Source: an uncultured Pseudobdellovibrionaceae bacterium (GTDB taxonomy: Bacteria > Bdellovibrionota > Bdellovibrionia > Bdellovibrionales > JAGQZY01). From it: DNA of 64,000 nucleotides. The position numbers were made by a program, and so were the translations under genes. This document shows positions 60,427-64,000 of this stretch, piece after piece. The first letter of the stretch is position 1. Each line of letters begins with the position of its first letter. Below the pieces are notes generated by a model, which saw only the letters and a list, made by a program, of their open reading frames with translations, was not told where the DNA came from and did no database searches. The DNA is taken from contig CAZOGU010000004.1 of the NCBI GenBank assembly GCA_964579625.1, forward strand, positions 5,496-69,495. The letters are read 5' to 3'.

Positions 60427-61821
60427 TTAAACTCGCTTATAATCGTCCTGATAACGTTTTATGTCGTCTTCGCCAAAATACTCACCGGTTTGAACCTCGA
60501 CAAAACGAAGGGTTTTGTCACCCGTATTTTTAATACGATGTTTGGAGTTCGCTGGGATCACAATGGAACTCCCAGGAAAAACATTCACGGCTTGTTCATT
60601 GATAACGACGTCCCCTTCCCCTTCAATCACCACCCAATGTTCACTTCGGTGCACATGAGATTGATAAGAAAGCTGGGCTCCAGGATTTACTTTAATGACC
60701 TTGATTTTAAACTCAGACGTGTCTGATATAATTTCGTACTGACCCCAAGGCCGAAAATCAAACGAGTGTTCCGAGGTTTTTTTATTCTTCTTTTTATTGA
60801 GATCATCAACCAGAGTTTTGATATCTTGCGACGACCCTTTTTTTGAAATCAAAAGAGCATCGGGAGTATCGACCACAATCAAATCTTCGACTCCCACAAG
60901 ACCCACCAGTTTTTGTTTTAATGAGAAAACAAAATTATTCTGTGCTTTCACCTCGAGAACTTCCGAGTGGCTAACTCCTTGTGAAACTTTGTTTTTAAAG
61001 AGTTTTGCAAAATCATCCCAAGACCCCAAATCATTCCAGCCCATCTGACAAGGAATGCAAATTTGGTTGGGCGCTTTCTCCATAATACCGTAATCGATAC
61101 TGATCGACGGCATTTTTTCGTAAACGTCTTTGAGGTTGGAAAAGTCTGCTTTTAAAAGAGATACCGTTTTCCAAACCTCGGGAAGAAAGGTTTTAAACGC
61201 CGCAATCATCGTCGAAACTTTAAAAACAAACATCCCGGCATTCCAATAATATCTCTTCTCACTCAAAAACTTTTCAGCCGTTGCGAGATCCGGTTTTTCG
61301 CGAAAGCCGCGCACTTGCTTTGCGTGAAGATTTTCATGATTTGCAAAATCAGCGGTATCGCACTCAATATAGCCAAATCCGGTAGCGGGATAATCGGGTT
61401 CAATCCCAATCGTCACGATTTGGTTTTTCTGCGCACACTCAGCAGCAAAAAGAACCGCTTTTTTAAATTCTTTTTCATCGGAAATCATATGATCTGCGGG
61501 AAAAATTCCAACAATCTCATCTTCTTTCTTTAATAAATGCATTTTCCAACAGATCAACGCCAAGGCGGGAGCCGTATTTTTAGCAAAAGGCTCATAGATG
61601 ACTTGCGAAGACTGCATCCCTAAATCGCTGATACACTTGTCGGTAAGAACGCGCAACCCCTCTACGGTGATCACTTCTGGTCGGCCAAGGGCAGACACCC
61701 GCTTTAAAGTCTTCTGCAAAAGAGGCTCATCAACAATATCACAAAACTGTTTCGGATAAGACGATCTCGAAATCGGCCACAACCGACTCCCCGACCCACC
61801 TGATAATATTACTGGTATCAT
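60427..61821 (-). CDS. manC: Mannose-1-phosphate guanylyltransferase / mannose-6-phosphate isomerase (type II PMI-GMP)
   Basis: PVILSGGSGSRLWPISR and a C-terminal cupin (SYQSHVHRSEHWVV). Confidence 0.9.
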   Translation of the reverse strand: MIPVILSGGSGSRLWPISRSSYPKQFCDIVDEPLLQKTLKRVSALGRPEVITVEGLRVLTDKCISDLGMQSSQVIYEPFAKNTAPALALICWKMHLLKKEDEIVGIFPADHMISDEKEFKKAVLFAAECAQKNQIVTIGIEPDYPATGFGYIECDTADFANHENLHAKQVRGFREKPDLATAEKFLSEKRYYWNAGMFVFKVSTMIAAFKTFLPEVWKTVSLLKADFSNLKDVYEKMPSISIDYGIMEKAPNQICIPCQMGWNDLGSWDDFAKLFKNKVSQGVSHSEVLEVKAQNNFVFSLKQKLVGLVGVEDLIVVDTPDALLISKKGSSQDIKTLVDDLNKKKNKKTSEHSFDFRPWGQYEIISDTSEFKIKVIKVNPGAQLSYQSHVHRSEHWVVIEGEGDVVINEQAVNVFPGSSIVIPANSKHRIKNTGDKTLRFVEVQTGEYFGEDDIKRYQDDYKRV

Positions 61822-61859
61822 AAATCTCCCAAGCTAAACTTTGCCAACAAAACACAGGC

Positions 61860-62062
61860 TTTCTGAGATTTATTTTTACGGGATTTTAAAAACCTTCTTT
61901 TTCGGACCTCCGTTGAGCGTGACGCGATCGCCACCGGCGACAACAGCAGAGGTACGGAGGGGCAGAGAGTGCAACTCGTTTGCGAGCTTCGCTCGCACTG
62001 CCCCGGACTGCCGTGTCCGAAAAAGAAGGTTTTTAAAATCCCGTAAAAATAAATCTCAGAAA
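61860..62062. repeat. Copy 2 of the hairpin element of about 200 nt: perfect 48-bp outer stem and 107-nt conserved core
   Basis: 61860-61907 is perfectly complementary to 62015-62062. The core blocks are identical to those of 2149-2262. Lies 27 nt 3' of the metF stop. Confidence 0.8.
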
Positions 62063-62089
62063 ACGAAGCAACCTGTCGGCTTTCATCTC

Positions 62090-63025
62090 TTACAGCTGAC
62101 TTGCACTAAGTCTCTTTATAGCTTCACAATTTATTGAAGTGTCGGCAAGGACAAAGAGGTGGACGCCGTGGGCGCCGGTCTTTTTTAAGGACTCTACCAG
62201 TCGAAAGAATGGCTGGAGAAGATTGTCCGTCGTCGCCTGTTCTCCCTCTTCGGGAAGTGCTTTGTAATACCAGTCTGGGACGGAACATTGAAATCTTTGT
62301 TCCATGACTTTGGCTTGCTTTTTTGATTTCAAGATCCGCAATCCTGGCAGCACAGGTTGGCTGAACCCCATTTTTCTAACATCGTTTAAAAAGACCTCGT
62401 ACTTTTCGGGGTCAAAGAGCATTTGCGTGATGGCGTACTCTGCCCCCGCCTCGAATTTGGCTTTGATATACTCTTTACGCTCCGTCGGGTCTGGATGCTC
62501 AGGGTAAGCGGCAACACCGATGCAAAACTGGGTTTTTTCTCGCGCATCAACGTCAAAGCCTTTGCGCTTAATAAACTCTCCGCGATTCATACGACCGATG
62601 TGGGATACAAGCTCATATGCATACGAGTAGCCACCGGGGCGCGGTTTCCATTCTGTTTCGCCCATGGGCGGATCTCCACGCAGCGCTAAGATATTACGGA
62701 TTCCAAAGTAGTGATGATCCATCAGTTGGTTTTCGACTTCTTCGGGGACCAGATCTCGGCAAGTAAAATGGGCAATGCACGGACGGTTTAACTTTTCTTT
62801 GATCACTTGTGCAATGGGAAGACTTCCGCCGCGCAAGCTGCCTCCAGCTCCTTTTGTCACCGATAAAAAGTCCACGCCCGAATCGATAATATTTTTTAAT
62901 TTTGTAAATGTTTGCGCCTGATCTTCCCCATTGCGCGGGGGAACGACCTCTGCAGAGGTCGTAAATTTTTTGGCTTTTAAAACCTCAATGACTGTTTTAT
63001 CGATTGAATATCCTAAGGTCATCAT
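62090..63025 (-). CDS. metF: 5,10-methylenetetrahydrofolate reductase
   Basis: FLSVTKGAGGS, AHFTCRD, ILALRGDPP, VAAYPE and AITQMLFD motifs. Confidence 0.85.
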   Translation of the reverse strand: MMTLGYSIDKTVIEVLKAKKFTTSAEVVPPRNGEDQAQTFTKLKNIIDSGVDFLSVTKGAGGSLRGGSLPIAQVIKEKLNRPCIAHFTCRDLVPEEVENQLMDHHYFGIRNILALRGDPPMGETEWKPRPGGYSYAYELVSHIGRMNRGEFIKRKGFDVDAREKTQFCIGVAAYPEHPDPTERKEYIKAKFEAGAEYAITQMLFDPEKYEVFLNDVRKMGFSQPVLPGLRILKSKKQAKVMEQRFQCSVPDWYYKALPEEGEQATTDNLLQPFFRLVESLKKTGAHGVHLFVLADTSINCEAIKRLSASQL

Positions 63026-64000
63026 TCCACCCCTGCTTTTAAGTAGAGAACAAATCCAAATATGGGCAGATAGGCCACAACGAGAAAAAGAAAACTAAGA
63101 GTCGAATAGTTCATACAAAGGGCCGCCATCGGAAACAGCCATAATACAGTGATCAGTACATACAAGGAGGTCACTCGTGCATGTCCCCAGCCTTGTTTGA
63201 TCAATTTTTGAAAGGCATGCTGCCTATGAGCACTAAAAACACGCTCGCCTCGCCAAGCTCGTCGCGCAAGAGTCCAGGTTGCATCGACTACAAAAAGTCC
63301 AAACACAATTAGGTGAATGTACAATGAACTGTCGTAATACATCTTCGAAACCAATGCCAAAGCGCCAAAAACATATCCCAAAAAGTAGGCACCCGCATCG
63401 CCCATAAAAACTTTGGCCGGATGCCAATTAAATACCAAAAATCCTGCGAGAGAATACGCCAGAATCAGATAGATAATGGCTAAATCTTCATGTCCTGAAA
63501 GGTAAGAAAGAAGAGAAATCAAACCCGAACCCACCATTCCCACACTGGTGGCAAGGCCATCACAACCATCCATAAAATTATAAAGGTTGATAAACCAGGC
63601 GATAAACAGAATACAAAACCCCGTCGTCAGCCAAGGCCATGCCGGTAAAAACGAAATCTCAACCACCTTCGAAAAACCCGATGAGATCAAAATAAAAATA
63701 AAAAGGGAAACGAGTAAATGCACCGTCAGACGGACCGTAGCCGGAATAGAGCTTATATCATCCCAATAACCCAAAAGCATAATCACCGGGCCCCCCAGAA
63801 AAACAGGGAACGTGTACTTCATGGTCAGGATGTCTTGTTGAATGAGGAGCGCGAGGATCAAGTTGAAGCTTACAAAAAAAGTAATTCCAGCCCCTCGCGG
63901 AATCGGTTGTTTATGAGAACTGCGTTCGTTGGGAATGTCTAGAATCTTAAAGCGCAGCGCCAATCGACGATAATAAATCGTTAGAAGAACGGAGAGCACA
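63022..64000 (-). CDS. Polyprenyl-phosphate HexNAc-1-phosphate transferase (MraY/WecA/WbpL family); the 5' end may lie beyond the window
   Basis: LDIPNERSSHKQPIPRGAGI and NLYNFMDGCDGLA. About 10 TM segments. A GTG at 63999 is a possible start, but the frame reaches the edge. Confidence 0.8.
   Translation of the reverse strand, partial: VLSVLLTIYYRRLALRFKILDIPNERSSHKQPIPRGAGITFFVSFNLILALLIQQDILTMKYTFPVFLGGPVIMLLGYWDDISSIPATVRLTVHLLVSLFIFILISSGFSKVVEISFLPAWPWLTTGFCILFIAWFINLYNFMDGCDGLATSVGMVGSGLISLLSYLSGHEDLAIIYLILAYSLAGFLVFNWHPAKVFMGDAGAYFLGYVFGALALVSKMYYDSSLYIHLIVFGLFVVDATWTLARRAWRGERVFSAHRQHAFQKLIKQGWGHARVTSLYVLITVLWLFPMAALCMNYSTLSFLFLVVAYLPIFGFVLYLKAGVE

Noticed and set aside
60208-60726. 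172-aa plus-strand ORF bridging the msbA start and the manC end
   Set aside because: It is antisense to two well-supported genes and crosses their intergenic region. No motif was found.
61841-62137. 98-aa plus-strand ORF spanning repeat copy 2
   Set aside because: It reads through both arms of a 48-bp palindrome and the conserved core. The homologous copy 1 has no equivalent ORF, so the conservation is at the nucleotide and structure level, not the protein level.
1-64000. CRISPR arrays, tRNA/rRNA genes, transposases, integrases, phage genes and toxin-antitoxin or known defence-system genes
   Set aside because: I looked through the intergenic regions and the ORF list. No repeat-spacer periodicity, tRNA-like cloverleaf candidates or recognisable mobile or defence protein motifs were seen. 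This was a by-eye check, not a computational scan.

Overview
This 64-kb window comes from a moderately AT-rich Gram-negative genome. The gene content (secreted endonuclease I, Tat-PhoX, a DUF1592/DUF1552 pair, many lipoproteins) resembles Bdellovibrio-like bacteria, but that taxon call is a low-confidence inference. Bases 1-14.7 kb carry housekeeping, transport and secreted-protein genes: an RluA-family pseudouridine synthase, uvrC, a Na+/solute symporter, endonuclease I, an APC amino-acid permease, PhoX-like phosphatase and several small secreted proteins. From about 14.7 kb to the right edge the window is one very large LPS/O-polysaccharide locus. It contains kdsA, rmlD, then an AT-rich variable block of about 20 kb (about 17.3-37.4 kb), then wbpD-B-A-E, rmlA, rmlC-B, an RgpF-like gene, an O-antigen-ligase-like gene, a tightly overlapped minus-strand operon of glycosyltransferases and methyltransferases, msbA-like, manC, metF and a WecA/WbpL-like initiating transferase. 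The AT-rich block holds wzm/wzt, WbqC, a WecE-like transaminase, a NeuD-like acyltransferase, an ArnC-like GT2, GT-C-like membrane proteins, an AsnB-like amidotransferase, a PIG-L deacetylase, an LpxD-like acyltransferase and two transglutaminase-like lipoproteins. I saw no rRNA, tRNA, CRISPR array, transposase, integrase or phage genes. The most unusual signal is a two-copy structured element of about 200 nt (2105-2306 and 61860-62062). It has a conserved GC-rich core, a compensatory base-pair change, and long outer stems that are self-complementary but differ in sequence between copies. Each copy lies just 3' of a minus-strand stop codon. Other notable points are a methyltransferase split exactly at an in-phase A_AAA_AAG slippery heptamer, a perfect 12-4-12 hairpin burying the rmlD start codon, and the divergent transglutaminase-like lipoprotein pair inside the polysaccharide locus. 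All calls come from reading the sequence and remembered family motifs; no searches were run.
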